Translations under genes and position numbers: made by a program | Notes under the pieces: generated by a model | Seen by the model: only the letters and a program-made list of their open reading frames with translations | Database searches by the model: none | What the model was told of the DNA's origin: nothing | Assembly: GCA_014384285.1 (NCBI GenBank) | Contig: JACNGE010000014.1 | Location: forward strand, 212,513-276,512 | Direction of reading: 5' to 3' | From: Actinomycetota bacterium | Lineage (GTDB): Bacteria > Actinomycetota > Acidimicrobiia > Actinomarinales > Actinomarinaceae | Length of the DNA stretch: 64,000 bases | Shown here: positions 41,246 to 52,691 of the stretch, in pieces | Layout of the letters: each line of letters opens with the position of its first letter | Numbering within the stretch: the first letter of the stretch is position 1

Positions 41246-42124
41246 TCCCTTGGATTCTCCTTTTACAGCAATATAAAGAGATGCAAATATCATGATTAAC
41301 GTAAAATAGAAAATATTATTCACTACTTCATCTAAGAAAATATAACCAAGAGAAATACCAAACAAAGGAACAACATAATCGACCAATGAAGTAAAAGTTG
41401 CGGACAATCTTTTGATGGTATAGAAGAATAGGGAATAGTTAAATATATCAATAAACACAAGCCCCAACAGCTGATAAACCTCCATGAGGGATAATATTTG
41501 AAATTTTCCTCCAAGAATAAAAAATAATATTATCGAAAGGATGCTTCCAAACAACCATTGAGTGAGTAAGTATGTTTTGGCTGGAATGTATTGAGAATCT
41601 TTTTTATTTGTTATATTCGCTATAGCTAGCCCCTGGACTCCAATCAAAGCTAAAGTACCTCCTAAAATTAAATTTCCATCGTTGGATAGTCCCGTAGCTC
41701 CAGAAGTAAAAAGTGCGGCAAGCCCAAGTAGACCAACTAGAACTGATACAATTTTTGTCCGAGTTATTTTTTCTTCTTTGTAGAAAAAATAGACCCAAAA
41801 TATAGTGAACATTGGTATGGTCGAAATGAAAATACTTTGTAAACCAGCAGAAATATTTTTTAACGCATAAATAAATGTCCAACCCGGAATAAATATTGCT
41901 AAGAAGCCTGTCCAACTTCCTTTTAAAAAAAACTCTAATTTAATTTCTGATTTAAATTCAGTAAAACAATAGAAGCTCAACAATAAAGTAACCAAAGTTA
42001 TTCGTGCTGTCACGATATAAATTTCGTTTACTCCACCCAGCAACAAACTACGATTAAAAAGACCGTGAAATCCAAAGAGAAAGCCAATTAAAATAATATT
42101 TCTCAATCCCAAATAAGGAGACAT
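41237..42124 (-). CDS. EamA/DMT-family transporter
   Basis: 295 aa, 10 TM segments, two EamA-like halves. Confidence 0.7.
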   Translation of the reverse strand: MSPYLGLRNIILIGFLFGFHGLFNRSLLLGGVNEIYIVTARITLVTLLLSFYCFTEFKSEIKLEFFLKGSWTGFLAIFIPGWTFIYALKNISAGLQSIFISTIPMFTIFWVYFFYKEEKITRTKIVSVLVGLLGLAALFTSGATGLSNDGNLILGGTLALIGVQGLAIANITNKKDSQYIPAKTYLLTQWLFGSILSIILFFILGGKFQILSLMEVYQLLGLVFIDIFNYSLFFYTIKRLSATFTSLVDYVVPLFGISLGYIFLDEVVNNIFYFTLIMIFASLYIAVKGESKGLA

Positions 42125-42182
42125 AGAATATTGAGATTTGATAAGCTACTCCAACTTCATTTAAGTTATTAGAATAGCAGGT

Positions 42183-43154
42183 ATGAAAACAGTTTTTTCT
42201 GGAATACAGCCAACAGGTAAAGTTCACCTTGGAAATTTTCTAGGTGCTATAAAGAATTGGGTCAGACTATCAAATGAAAAGAATAAAAATTACTTTTGTG
42301 TAGTTGATCTACACTCAGTTACTACACATCCAAACCCTAAAGATTTGAACTCCAATATTGAGCAAACACTTAAGTTGTTAGTAGCCGCGGGTATAAATTT
42401 AAATAATTCTATAATCTATCCCCAAAGTAAAGTTCCACAGCATGCATATTTATCGTGGATACTCTCTAACTTTTGCCAGGTTGGTGAACTACAGAGGATG
42501 ACACAGTACAAAGAAAAAGCTGATAGTCTTGGTAGTCACTCTGGTATTTTCACTTACCCTGTTCTTATGGCTTCAGACATTTTGATTCATAAAGCCAATG
42601 AGGTACCAGTTGGAGATGACCAAACACAACACTTAGAACTCACAAGAAATATTGCTGAGAGATTTAATAATAATTATGGAAATGTATTCCCTTTGCCTGA
42701 AAAGTCTAGTGGAAAATCAGGTACGAGATTAATGTCTCTTAAGCATCCTGAAGATAAAATGTCGAAAAGTTCTGATGATATCAATGGAACAATATATTTT
42801 GATGACAGTAGAGACACTATAATGAAAAAGTTTAAGTCCTCAGTAACAGATTCTTCTAATGTCGTAAAGTATGATATTGATAGCAAAAAAGGCATAAGTA
42901 ATTTAATTGATATTTATGCATCTATAAATGACATTTCACACCAAGAAGTTGAGAGACTATTTGAGAACTCACAATATGGAGAATTTAAAATTGCAGTAGG
43001 AGAGACTGTATCAGACTACTTATCTCCTATATATTCAGATTACCAAGAACTAGAGAAAGAAGATCTTTCTCAAGTTCTTGGCAATAATCTTGATCAGGCA
43101 AATGATTCAGCACAAGAAACGATAAACGAAGTAAATAGTATTTTAGGTCTTTAA
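42183..43154 (+). CDS. trpS: Tryptophan--tRNA ligase
   Basis: HIGH-type motif near the N-terminus (SGIQPTGKVHLGNFLG) and a KMSKS motif. Confidence 0.9.
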   Translation: MKTVFSGIQPTGKVHLGNFLGAIKNWVRLSNEKNKNYFCVVDLHSVTTHPNPKDLNSNIEQTLKLLVAAGINLNNSIIYPQSKVPQHAYLSWILSNFCQVGELQRMTQYKEKADSLGSHSGIFTYPVLMASDILIHKANEVPVGDDQTQHLELTRNIAERFNNNYGNVFPLPEKSSGKSGTRLMSLKHPEDKMSKSSDDINGTIYFDDSRDTIMKKFKSSVTDSSNVVKYDIDSKKGISNLIDIYASINDISHQEVERLFENSQYGEFKIAVGETVSDYLSPIYSDYQELEKEDLSQVLGNNLDQANDSAQETINEVNSILGL

Positions 43155-43158
43155 ACAG

Positions 43159-45294
43159 ATGCAAGAGATCGTACAGATTCCTGATAACTGGAATAATCTA
43201 GTAAACGAAAAGCAAAAAGAAGCTATTGAGCACACACACGGGCCGTTGTTGATAGTCGCAGGTGCAGGATCTGGAAAAACTAGAGTCTTAACCTACAGGT
43301 ATGCTCATCTTGTTATGAGCCATTCAGTGAACTACTCAAATATACTTGCTATTACTTTTACAAATAAAGCTGCAAATGAGATGAAGGAAAGAATTAGTAA
43401 ACTTTTAGATTTAGATATTTATCCTAAATGGATTTCCACATTTCATAGTTCCTGTGTAAAAATTTTACGAACCCACGGACATTTGATTGGATATAAAACA
43501 AACTTTACTATTTACGATCAGTCCGACTCCTCAAAGCTTATTAGAAACTGTATGAGAGACAATGGTGTTGACTTAAAACAGTATTCGCCCAGAAGATTTC
43601 AAGCTAGCATATCTGGTTTAAAAAATATGAGAATAAGTCCTGGTGAGGCTATCGAATCAGCAGAAAGTTTCTTTGATGTAAAAGTTGCAGAAATATATAC
43701 ATCTTATGAAAAAAAATTAATGCTTGCTAATAGTATGGATTTTGATGATCTTCTAATAAAAACTGTAGATTTACTTGAAACTAGCCAAGAAGCTCTCAAT
43801 TATTGGTCTTCAAAGTTTAAATATATTATGGTGGACGAATATCAAGATACAAACTTAGTTCAGTACAAACTCATAGAACTTTTATCTTCTAAACATAAAA
43901 ACCTATGTGTGGTTGGTGATTCTGATCAGAGTATTTATGCCTTCAGGGGTGCAGATATAAGAAATATACAAGAATTTGAAAAAGACTTTCAAAATGCAAA
44001 AATTATTACTTTAGATAAAAATTATCGCTCTTCTCAAAAAATCTTAGATATAGCAAATGCTGTAATTTCTAATAATCCTAGAAGTCAGGATAAAAAATTA
44101 TGGACAGATAACTCTGAAGGACTAGATGTCAATGTTGTTGAGTTTAGTTCAGAGAGAGATGAAGCAAAATGGATAACTTCTGAAATAAAAGAAATATTAG
44201 CTAAAAACAAAAAAACTGAAATAGCTATTTTTTACAGGACTAACAATCAGTCACGAATATTTGAAGAGGAACTGAGAAGAAATAGTATCAACTATAAAGT
44301 TGTTGGAAATGTTAGATTTTATGACAGAAAAGAAATAAAAGATATATTGTCATATTTGAATTTTCTTGTAAATCCAGATGATTCGGTTTCTTTTGAGAGA
44401 GTACTTAATGTACCTAAAAGGGGAATTGGTGAATCAACTCTCCAAAAATTAAGAGACTTTTCTAATAATAAAAATTCTTCAGTTTCAAATTCATTAGATA
44501 ATTTAGAAGAGTTAGACTTTCTATCTGCAAGAGTATTGAACAAGCTTAAGGAATTTAAAGACCTAATTATTGATTTAAAATCTCATGCTATAAAGGGTCC
44601 TTCAGAAGCCATTATTAAAACGTTAGAGTTAACCGGGTATAAAAATCAACTTATCAAAGATGGAACACTGGAGTCTCAGATGAGAATTGAGAATCTAGAC
44701 GAATTAATTAATTCAGCATTTGAGTTTGAAAATCTATATGAAGAAGATGTTGAAGATCCTTATGTAGTCCTCAGGGACTATCTTGAGTCACTTGCTTTGT
44801 TTACAAACACTGACAGCATTGAAGATGAAGACAAAGTTCTATTAATGACCTTGCATAATGCAAAAGGATTAGAATTTCCATATGTATTCATGACCGGGAT
44901 GGAGGAAAACATATTCCCTAGTCAAAAATCAGAAAATGATTTTGAGATTCAAGAAGAACGCAGGTTGTGTTACGTGGGAATGACTCGTGCTGAAGAGAAA
45001 CTTTTTTTAACCTACTCTCAAACGAGAACACTTTGGGGAGGAACTACATATAATTTAAAAAGTAGATTTTTAGATGAAGCTGAAAGCTATTTTAAAGAAA
45101 TAAAAGTTAAGAATCTAAGCTCTCTCAATTCTTTAGCTCCTGATAATGGGAAAGTTGGGAATACAGTCACTCATGAAAAATATGGAAAAGGAATAATTGA
45201 AGAAATCTCTGGCAGTGAAATTACAATTAATTTTGGAGAAGAATGGGGAGTTAAATACTTAGATGCTGAGTGGGCCCCTATTAAATTTGATTAA
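43159..45294 (+). CDS. pcrA: ATP-dependent DNA helicase PcrA/UvrD
   Basis: 711 aa SF1 helicase with motifs AGAGSGKT, DEYQDTN, a VGD.DQSIY-type motif, and the C-terminal LCYVGMTRA. Confidence 0.9.
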   Translation: MQEIVQIPDNWNNLVNEKQKEAIEHTHGPLLIVAGAGSGKTRVLTYRYAHLVMSHSVNYSNILAITFTNKAANEMKERISKLLDLDIYPKWISTFHSSCVKILRTHGHLIGYKTNFTIYDQSDSSKLIRNCMRDNGVDLKQYSPRRFQASISGLKNMRISPGEAIESAESFFDVKVAEIYTSYEKKLMLANSMDFDDLLIKTVDLLETSQEALNYWSSKFKYIMVDEYQDTNLVQYKLIELLSSKHKNLCVVGDSDQSIYAFRGADIRNIQEFEKDFQNAKIITLDKNYRSSQKILDIANAVISNNPRSQDKKLWTDNSEGLDVNVVEFSSERDEAKWITSEIKEILAKNKKTEIAIFYRTNNQSRIFEEELRRNSINYKVVGNVRFYDRKEIKDILSYLNFLVNPDDSVSFERVLNVPKRGIGESTLQKLRDFSNNKNSSVSNSLDNLEELDFLSARVLNKLKEFKDLIIDLKSHAIKGPSEAIIKTLELTGYKNQLIKDGTLESQMRIENLDELINSAFEFENLYEEDVEDPYVVLRDYLESLALFTNTDSIEDEDKVLLMTLHNAKGLEFPYVFMTGMEENIFPSQKSENDFEIQEERRLCYVGMTRAEEKLFLTYSQTRTLWGGTTYNLKSRFLDEAESYFKEIKVKNLSSLNSLAPDNGKVGNTVTHEKYGKGIIEEISGSEITINFGEEWGVKYLDAEWAPIKFD

Positions 45295-45346
45295 GAATCT
45301 TACAGTGCATAAATTAGTGAACATTATATAATTTGTAGGTTAAATT

Positions 45347-46480
45347 ATGGATTTATTTGAATATCAAGGAAAATCGCTTTATGGAAACTATGATATCGCA
45401 CATCCTAACTCATTTCTTGCAAGCAATATAGAAGATCTCGAAAAAGATTTTAATTTAGATTATCCCGTAGTTGTAAAAGCTCAAGTTCAAGTTGGAGGGA
45501 GAGGTAAAGCCGGAGGTATCAAATTAGCCAGCACTCACGAAGAGTTACATTTACATTCAAATGAGATTCTTGGAATGGACATAAAAGGACATAAAGTTGA
45601 AAAAATTCTTATTGAAGAAGCTTCTGAAATTAAAGAAGAGTATTATTTATCCTTCACTCTTGATAGGTCAGAAAAAAAATATCTTATGATGTTAAGTGCT
45701 AAAGGTGGAATGGATATTGAAGCTGTTGCAGCTGAAAACCCAGACGACTTAACAATGGTCCACATCAATCCAGCAGAAACTTTAACTGATGAAGTTATTA
45801 AAAAAGCAATTCATAATTCTAATTTGAATATCGTGTACGAAAATGAGTTATTAAAAATTATTCAATCACTGTTCAAGTTATTTGTTGATGGTGATTGCGA
45901 TCTAGTTGAGGTAAATCCATTAGCAATCACAAGTAGCGGAGTAATGGCACTAGATTCAAAAGTTTCACTAGATATGAGCGCAAAATATAGACATGAAGAA
46001 TTCGATGAGATTGAAAAAGATATTCCCATTCCTCCCTCAGAAAAGTCAGCTAAAGAAAAAGGATTAAACTTTATAAAGCTTGACGGATCAGTTGGGATAA
46101 TTGGTAATGGAGCAGGACTAGTTATGTCAACATTAGATGTTGTAGCTGAATATGGTGGCAGTGCTGCAAACTTTCTTGATATTGGAGGTGGGGCAAAGGC
46201 AGAAACTGTCAGTGCAGCGCTAGACGTTCTTGAAACAGATAAATCAGTTACGAGTGTTTTTATAAATATCTTTGGTGGTATTACTAGATGTGATTTAGTT
46301 GCACAAGGAATAGTAGAAGCAACCAAGGGTAAAGATTTGAAATGGCCGATAGTCATTAGACTTGATGGAACAAACGCAATTGAAGGACTTGAAATTTTAA
46401 GAGCAAACCCTAATGAAAAAATATTTATTACTGACACCATGAACCAAGCTGCAGAATTAGCAGTGAAAGGAATAAACTAA
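45347..46480 (+). CDS. sucC: Succinate--CoA ligase (ADP-forming) beta subunit
   Basis: MDLFEYQGK... followed by an ATP-grasp fold. Confidence 0.95.
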   Translation: MDLFEYQGKSLYGNYDIAHPNSFLASNIEDLEKDFNLDYPVVVKAQVQVGGRGKAGGIKLASTHEELHLHSNEILGMDIKGHKVEKILIEEASEIKEEYYLSFTLDRSEKKYLMMLSAKGGMDIEAVAAENPDDLTMVHINPAETLTDEVIKKAIHNSNLNIVYENELLKIIQSLFKLFVDGDCDLVEVNPLAITSSGVMALDSKVSLDMSAKYRHEEFDEIEKDIPIPPSEKSAKEKGLNFIKLDGSVGIIGNGAGLVMSTLDVVAEYGGSAANFLDIGGGAKAETVSAALDVLETDKSVTSVFINIFGGITRCDLVAQGIVEATKGKDLKWPIVIRLDGTNAIEGLEILRANPNEKIFITDTMNQAAELAVKGIN

Positions 46481-47349
46481 TGGCAATTCTTCTTGATGAA
46501 AACTCTAAGGTAGTTGTTCAAGGAATCACTGGACGAGAAGGAAAATTTCATGCACTAAGAAATAGAGATTACGGCACCAATATTGTTGCAGGTACTCGTC
46601 CTGGTAAAGGTGGAGAAGAGGTAGAGTCAATCCCAATATTTAACACAGTCCAAGAGGCTATTGAATCAACTGGAGCAAATGTAGCCCTAACAATGGTACC
46701 GCCAGCATTTGCAAAAGATGCAGTTCTTGAAGCTGCTTATGCTGATTGTGAGTTGATTGTTTGCATAACAGAAGGGATACCAGCAAAAGATGAAGCTGAA
46801 ATGTATAACCTTATTAAAAAAAATACAACATCTAAATTGTTAGGCCCAAATTGTCCAGGTCTAATTTCACCAGGAAAATCAAATGTTGGAATTATGCCAC
46901 ATGAAATAACTTTGCCAGGTAATGTAGGCGTTGTTTCCAGATCAGGAACTTTAACATATCAAGCCGTTCATGAGTTAACACAACTAAGCATAGGGCAATC
47001 AACTTGCATTGGTATAGGTGGCGACCCAGTACCAGGGATGTCATTTATAGATGTTCTTAAAGAATTTGAAGAAGACCAAGAAACACAAGTTATTGTGATG
47101 ATTGGAGAAATTGGTGGAACCGCAGAGGAAGAAGCAGCAGAGTACATCAAGGAAAAAGTAACAAAACCAGTTGTCTCCTATATTGCTGGTGTAACAGCTC
47201 CGGCTGGTAAAAAAATGGGTCACGCAGGTGCTATAGTTTCCGGAAACAAAGGTACTGCAAAAGCTAAAATGAGTGCACTCGAAGAAGCAAATGTTGTTGT
47301 AGTCAGCAATCCAACAAAAATTGGTCAAGCAGTAAAGGAGCTAATGTAA
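46480..47349 (+). CDS. sucD: Succinate--CoA ligase alpha subunit
   Basis: 289 aa with a CoA-binding N-terminus and a phosphohistidine loop (GHAGAI). Confidence 0.95.
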   Translation: MAILLDENSKVVVQGITGREGKFHALRNRDYGTNIVAGTRPGKGGEEVESIPIFNTVQEAIESTGANVALTMVPPAFAKDAVLEAAYADCELIVCITEGIPAKDEAEMYNLIKKNTTSKLLGPNCPGLISPGKSNVGIMPHEITLPGNVGVVSRSGTLTYQAVHELTQLSIGQSTCIGIGGDPVPGMSFIDVLKEFEEDQETQVIVMIGEIGGTAEEEAAEYIKEKVTKPVVSYIAGVTAPAGKKMGHAGAIVSGNKGTAKAKMSALEEANVVVVSNPTKIGQAVKELM

Positions 47350-48578
47350 TGGTTGAAAACTTAAATAGAGAAGAATTAAATAATGCAATCAAAAAAACAA
47401 GAGAATCTTTCGATACAGACAACCCAACAGTTCCATTTATTGAAGGAGATGGTATCGGTATAGATATTTGGCCAGCTTCTCAAGTGGTTTTTGATGCAGT
47501 AGTAGAGAAAGCATATAACGGTAATAGGAAAATAAACTGGGTTGAAGTTCTAGCAGGTCAAAAAGCATTCGATACAGTTTCAGAATGGCTTCCAAAAAAA
47601 ACACTAGACACATTTGATGAGTTTGGAGTCGGAATAAAAGGCCCATTGACAACACCTGTCGGAGAGGGTATCAGGTCAATTAATGTTGCAATAAGGCAGG
47701 AGTTAGATCTTTATGTCTGCCTAAGACCAATTAAGTATTTTAAGGGAATTGAAACCCCTACGAAAAATCCACAAGATGTTGATATTGTTCTTTTTAGAGA
47801 AAACACAGAAGATGTTTATTCTGGTAAAGAGCTAGAAGAAGGTACTGAAGAAGTATTAAAATTAAATAATTTTCTTAAAGAAGAATTTGGATGGGAGATA
47901 AGAAAAGACAGCGGAATAGGCATTAAGCCAATATCTAATACAGGTTCAGAAAGACTTATTAGGGCGGCGATTAATTTTGCAGTTGAAAACGATAAAAAAA
48001 ATCTTGCAATTGTCCACAAGGGAAACATCATGAAATTTACCGAAGGAGCTTTCAGGAAATGGGGATATGAATTAATAGAAAAGGAATTTTCTGATGTAGC
48101 TGTATCCTGGGAAGATTCAAATGGTGATCCTGGAGAAAAAATATTAGTTCAAGATGTTATAGCCGATGCTTTTTTACAACAGATTCTAATAAAACCTCAA
48201 GAATTCGATGTTATTGCTACAACTAACCTAAACGGTGATTATGCGTCAGATGCTTTAGCTGCACAAATTGGAGGGATAGGTATAAGCCCAGGAGGAAATA
48301 TCAATTATGAAAATGGAAAGGCTGTTTTTGAAGCTACACATGGAACTGCGCCTAAATACGCAGGTCAGAATAAAGCAAACCCAGGTTCTCTGATATTGTC
48401 TGGTGAGATGATGTTTAGGTATATGGGATGGAATGAAGCAGCAGACCTAATTATTGAAAGTATGGAGAAGTCTATTCTTGAAGGCAACGTAACATACGAT
48501 CTTGCCAGAGGTAGGAATGACGCCTCTATTCTCTCAAGTTCTGAATTTGCAGAGTCTCTTGTAAAAAATATACAATAA
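47349..48578 (+). CDS. icd: Isocitrate dehydrogenase (NADP), homodimeric type
   Basis: 409 aa with NLNGDYASD and other IDH/IMDH family motifs. Confidence 0.9.
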   Translation: MVENLNREELNNAIKKTRESFDTDNPTVPFIEGDGIGIDIWPASQVVFDAVVEKAYNGNRKINWVEVLAGQKAFDTVSEWLPKKTLDTFDEFGVGIKGPLTTPVGEGIRSINVAIRQELDLYVCLRPIKYFKGIETPTKNPQDVDIVLFRENTEDVYSGKELEEGTEEVLKLNNFLKEEFGWEIRKDSGIGIKPISNTGSERLIRAAINFAVENDKKNLAIVHKGNIMKFTEGAFRKWGYELIEKEFSDVAVSWEDSNGDPGEKILVQDVIADAFLQQILIKPQEFDVIATTNLNGDYASDALAAQIGGIGISPGGNINYENGKAVFEATHGTAPKYAGQNKANPGSLILSGEMMFRYMGWNEAADLIIESMEKSILEGNVTYDLARGRNDASILSSSEFAESLVKNIQ

Positions 48579-48596
48579 AAGAAGAGAAAGGTAGTT

Positions 48597-49535
48597 GTGA
48601 AAAAAGTTACAGTAGTTGGAGCAGGAAAGTATGGTTCCATGACCGCTTTACGTGTTGCAGAATATAATCTTGCAAGTGAAGTAGTAATGACAGATATAGT
48701 TGAAGGTTTACCACAAGGACTCGCACTTGACATAAACCAATCTAGGTTTGTAGAAAAATTTGATACAAAAATTCTTGGTACCAACAATTATGCAGATACC
48801 GCCAACAGTGATGTAGTTGTCATAACTGCTGGATTGCCAAGAAAACCAGGTATGTCCCGTATGGACCTTCTCGAGGTAAATGCTGGGATAGTAACTGACG
48901 TAACGAAGAATATACTAGAACATTCTGATAACCCAATAATTATTGTTGTCACTAACCCACTTGATCAGATGACTACTTTAACAGCTGAAGTTTCAAACCT
49001 TTCTAAAAACAGAGTCATAGGACAAGCTGGAATTCTTGATTCATCTAGATTTGCATATTTTATTTCAGAAAAATTAAATGTAAAAATGAGTGAAGTCCAT
49101 GCCTTAACCTTAGGAAGTCATGGTGAAACAATGGTACCTGTCCCTTCACTTTGCACTGTTAGCGGGGAACCCTTGGTTGATATTTTATCTAAAGATGATA
49201 TCGATGAACTAGTTGCTAAAACTTCTGAAGGTGGAGCAGAGATTGTAGGACTTCTTAAAACTGGAAGTGCATATTTTGCACCAGCATCATCAGCAGCAAC
49301 AATGGTAAAGTCAATTATTTCAGATTCAAATGAAGTATTTCCTGTGTGTGCTTGGCTACAAGGGGAGTACGGAATAAAAGATGTCTATCTTGGAGTTCCC
49401 GCAAAGCTTGGAAAAGAGGGTGTTACAGAAATAGTCGAGCATGATCTAACTGATATAGAATTAACAGCTCTAAAAGAAGCTTCTAAAGCAGTAAAAGATA
49501 AGGTTTCTGAGCTTAATAGCATAAATAACCAATAA
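48597..49535 (+). CDS. mdh: Malate dehydrogenase (LDH-like family)
   Basis: GTG start, Rossmann motif VVGAGKYGS, and the catalytic region GSHGETMVP. Confidence 0.9.
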   Translation: MKKVTVVGAGKYGSMTALRVAEYNLASEVVMTDIVEGLPQGLALDINQSRFVEKFDTKILGTNNYADTANSDVVVITAGLPRKPGMSRMDLLEVNAGIVTDVTKNILEHSDNPIIIVVTNPLDQMTTLTAEVSNLSKNRVIGQAGILDSSRFAYFISEKLNVKMSEVHALTLGSHGETMVPVPSLCTVSGEPLVDILSKDDIDELVAKTSEGGAEIVGLLKTGSAYFAPASSAATMVKSIISDSNEVFPVCAWLQGEYGIKDVYLGVPAKLGKEGVTEIVEHDLTDIELTALKEASKAVKDKVSELNSINNQ

Positions 49536-49645
49536 AATCAGTCTTTTAATAAAAAAAGCCATATTTTATCGTATTTTAAGAAAATCTAATTAAAAAAACT
49601 ATAATTAATATATAGTAAAAACGCAAAAAGAAAGGCAAAACAGCT

Positions 49646-49918
49646 ATGAATAAAGATCAATTAGCAAGTGTTGTAGCAGCAGAAGTAGGGTTGTCACAAT
49701 CAGACGCTAAATCAGCTGTGGAAGCAGTGTTTGACGGAATAACAAACGGAATGAAGAATGGCGACAAGGTTAGCATTGCCGGTTTCGGACAGTTTGAATC
49801 AAGATACAGGGCTGCAAGACAAGGGAGAAATCCTGCAACAGGTGAAACAATCCAGATAGCTGCTAAGAATGCACCAGCATTTAAGGCTGCAAAAGGATTA
49901 AAAGATAGTCTAAACTAA
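49646..49918 (+). CDS. hup: DNA-binding protein HU (short form, no actinobacterial Lys-rich tail)
   Basis: 90 aa MNKDQLASVVA...GFGQFESRYRAARQGRNPATGETIQIAAK. Confidence 0.85.
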   Translation: MNKDQLASVVAAEVGLSQSDAKSAVEAVFDGITNGMKNGDKVSIAGFGQFESRYRAARQGRNPATGETIQIAAKNAPAFKAAKGLKDSLN

Positions 49919-49940
49919 GACATCTTAAAACCTTATTGAA

Positions 49941-49968
49941 AAGACGGCTAAGCCGTCTTTTCTTTTTT
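49941..49968. terminator. Terminator hairpin between convergent hup and the SCP2-like/sdh operon
   Basis: Stem aagacggc / gccgtctt followed by a T-run on the plus strand, with short U-tracts on both sides. Confidence 0.65.
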
Positions 49969-50257
49969 ACTTAAGAAGCTCTAAGTTTCCTTTTACCTTA
50001 ATTTTTTCATCGAACATTAAATCTTCCGGATGCTTAATATTATTTTTTAGTTCAAAAAAAGTAGCTTCATCCATCATAATTATTAGACTATCGTTTGAAT
50101 TTTCTGAGTCCTCAGAATATTTTAAATTTTCTAGATTTATCTTTGCAATATAATCTGATCCCGTTATTTGAAAATAAATTTTGCTTAGATTATTTTTATC
50201 TTTGACATTGAAACTATTAACGACAGATTTTAAGTGTTCTAATATTTCGCTGTTCAA
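49967..50257 (-). CDS. SCP2 sterol/lipid-carrier-like small protein, last gene of the sdh operon
   Basis: 96 aa ending ...DEATFFELKNNIKHPEDLMFDEKIKVKGNLELLK, matching the SCP2 C-terminal helix pattern. Overlaps the sdhB stop by 4 nt. Confidence 0.55.
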   Translation of the reverse strand: MNSEILEHLKSVVNSFNVKDKNNLSKIYFQITGSDYIAKINLENLKYSEDSENSNDSLIIMMDEATFFELKNNIKHPEDLMFDEKIKVKGNLELLK

Positions 50258-50949
50258 TTATTTAAAAGTGTTTCTCTTTTTACATCTTCAATAGCTTTAG
50301 TAACCTGTATACCTCTTGGACATGCACTTGTGCAGTTAAAAGCTGTTCTGCATCTAAAAGCTCCATTTACATCTTTCATTATTTCGAGTCTCTGCTTTGA
50401 GCCTTGGTCTCTTGAGTCCATAACAAATCTGTGAGCATTTACAATAGCTGCTGGACCAATGTAGCTTTCAGCCGTCCAGAAAACAGGACAGCTAGTTGTA
50501 CAAGCTGCACAAAGAATACATTTTGTTGTATCTTCAAATTTGTCTCTATCTTCAGGGGATTGTAGTCTTTCTCTGTCTCCAGGATCATCATTGTTTATCA
50601 GATATGGCAAAACTTTTTTATAGCTATCAAAAAATGGCTCCATGTCAACAATCAAGTCTTTTACAACTGGTAGCCCTCTAATTGGTTCGATTTTAATAGG
50701 GTTGCTTACTTCTTTAACCAGAACCTGACATGCAAGCATGTTTTCTCCATTTACAACCATTGCATCAGAACCACACACACCGTGAGCACAAGATTTTCTA
50801 AATGATAAAGATCCATCTTCAAACCATTTTATTTTATGGAGTAAATCAAGAATTCTTTCTTCAGGTTCCGCGTCTACTTTATAATATTCCCAATGCCCTT
50901 TTTTATCATTCTCGGGATCGTATCTGAGTATCTTTAGATCAATTTCCAT
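50254..50949 (-). CDS. sdhB: Succinate dehydrogenase iron-sulfur subunit
   Basis: 2Fe-2S, 4Fe-4S and 3Fe-4S cysteine clusters (CAHGVCGSDA, CILCAACTTSCP, CTSACP). Confidence 0.9.
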   Translation of the reverse strand: MEIDLKILRYDPENDKKGHWEYYKVDAEPEERILDLLHKIKWFEDGSLSFRKSCAHGVCGSDAMVVNGENMLACQVLVKEVSNPIKIEPIRGLPVVKDLIVDMEPFFDSYKKVLPYLINNDDPGDRERLQSPEDRDKFEDTTKCILCAACTTSCPVFWTAESYIGPAAIVNAHRFVMDSRDQGSKQRLEIMKDVNGAFRCRTAFNCTSACPRGIQVTKAIEDVKRETLLNN

Positions 50950-52691
50950 CAGTATTTTCTTTCCATAGGTTCATATTTACCAAGTTCAACATCTTTATAT
51001 TCAAGTTTTACAGAATTTCCATTTTTGAATGCAAATGAATGTTTCATAAATTTTTTGTCGTCTCTATCTGGAAAATCTTCTCTAGAGTGAGCTCCCCGAG
51101 ATTCTTTTCTTGCTAAAGCGCTTGCTACTGTTGTATCTGCCATATCTAGTAGATAATCAAGTTCGATTGCTTCAAGAAGCTCACTATTAAATACTTTGCC
51201 TTTATCTTGAATTGTTACATTTTGATATCGTTCTCTTAGATTGGCCAAAATTTCTGTTTGGTTGTCTAAAGTCTCTTTTGATCTAAATATTTTTGCATTC
51301 TCTTCCATTGAATCCTGTAGTTCAGATCTAATGTTTGCAACCGAGAACTCAGTTGTATGTTCTTTTTCCATAAGGTTGTTTATTTTGTTTGATAAATCAT
51401 CTGCGGCTGATTCATTTAATGTACTTGCTTTAGTACTAGACACATAATCAACCATGCTCTGACCAGCTCTTTTACCAAAAACAACAATATCTAATAATGA
51501 GTTTGTACCAAGTCGATTAGCCCCATGTACACTCACACATGCTGCTTCTCCTGCGGCATAAACTCCCTCGATAACTCCACCCTTGTGATCGCTTAGAACT
51601 CTTCCATTCACATCAGTTGGTATGCCTCCCATTGCATAATGGGCGGTTGGCTGAACAGGTATAGGGTCATTGATAGGTTCAATCTTTACATAAGTTCTAA
51701 CAAAATCAGTAATATCTGGAAGTTTTTTCATAATTGCTTCTTCACCAAGATGCGTTAGGTCAAGATATACATAATCATTATTTGGCCCAGCACCATTTCC
51801 AGCACTTATTTCCGTTGCTATTGCTCTAGATACCATATCTCTTGGTGCTAGATCTTTTATAGAAGGAGCATATCTTTCCATAAACCTCTCGCCATCTTTG
51901 TTTCGTAAAATACCCCCTTCACCTCTGGCAGCCTCGGATAAAAGTATGCCTAATCTATAGATGCCAGTGGGGTGGAACTGATAAAACTCCATATCCTCAA
52001 GAGGGATTCCCTTCTGATACAGCATTCCCGGTCCATCTCCTGTAAGGGAGTGCGCATTTGAGCTTACCTTAAATATTTTTCCGAAGCCTCCAGTAGCAAA
52101 AGTTACAGCTCTAGCTTCAAAAACATGAAGATCTCCAGTTGCAATTTCATATGCTACTACGCCTTTACAAACACCATCTTCGATTTTTATATCTAAGACT
52201 TGGAACTCGTCAAAAAATTCAACGCCCATAGACACACATTTTTGATAAAGAGTTTGGAGTATCATATGGCCAGTTCTATCTGCTGCGTAGCAAGCTCTGA
52301 ATGCTGGTGCGGCACCTTCTTTTATAGTGTGGCCACCGAATCTTCTTTGCGCAATTTTTCCACTTTCTAATCGACTAAAAGGTAGACCCCAATGCTCAAG
52401 TTCAACTACTGCATCTATTGCTTCTTTGCAAAGTATGTCTACTGCTGGTTGATCAGCTAAGTAATCGGAGCCTTTTACTGTATCAAAGGCATGCCAATTC
52501 CAATTATCTTCTTCTACATTTGCAAGGGCTGCACTCATTCCTCCTTGAGCTGCTCCAGTATGAGATCTAGTTGGGTAAAGTTTTGTAATAACTGCAAGTT
52601 TCATCGTAGGCGCTGCTTCGATTGCTGCTCTAAGACCCGCACCTCCGGCACCAACAATTATTCCATCAAATGAATGTTTTACAATTTTCAT
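50949..52691 (-). CDS. sdhA: Succinate dehydrogenase flavoprotein subunit
   Basis: 580 aa. FAD-binding GAGGAGLRAA and the covalent FAD His in the RSHTGAAQGG region. Confidence 0.95.
   Translation of the reverse strand: MKIVKHSFDGIIVGAGGAGLRAAIEAAPTMKLAVITKLYPTRSHTGAAQGGMSAALANVEEDNWNWHAFDTVKGSDYLADQPAVDILCKEAIDAVVELEHWGLPFSRLESGKIAQRRFGGHTIKEGAAPAFRACYAADRTGHMILQTLYQKCVSMGVEFFDEFQVLDIKIEDGVCKGVVAYEIATGDLHVFEARAVTFATGGFGKIFKVSSNAHSLTGDGPGMLYQKGIPLEDMEFYQFHPTGIYRLGILLSEAARGEGGILRNKDGERFMERYAPSIKDLAPRDMVSRAIATEISAGNGAGPNNDYVYLDLTHLGEEAIMKKLPDITDFVRTYVKIEPINDPIPVQPTAHYAMGGIPTDVNGRVLSDHKGGVIEGVYAAGEAACVSVHGANRLGTNSLLDIVVFGKRAGQSMVDYVSSTKASTLNESAADDLSNKINNLMEKEHTTEFSVANIRSELQDSMEENAKIFRSKETLDNQTEILANLRERYQNVTIQDKGKVFNSELLEAIELDYLLDMADTTVASALARKESRGAHSREDFPDRDDKKFMKHSFAFKNGNSVKLEYKDVELGKYEPMERKY

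Noticed and set aside
42125-42182. Possible T-box leader upstream of trpS
   Set aside because: Only 58 nt separate trpS from the divergent EamA gene, far too short for a T-box riboswitch (about 200-300 nt). No specifier or T-box sequence is visible.
45862-46440. Minus-strand 192-aa ORF inside sucC, plus 46968-47328 inside sucD and 48365-48787 across icd/mdh
   Set aside because: Antisense shadow ORFs. The plus-strand genes are unambiguous TCA-cycle enzymes.
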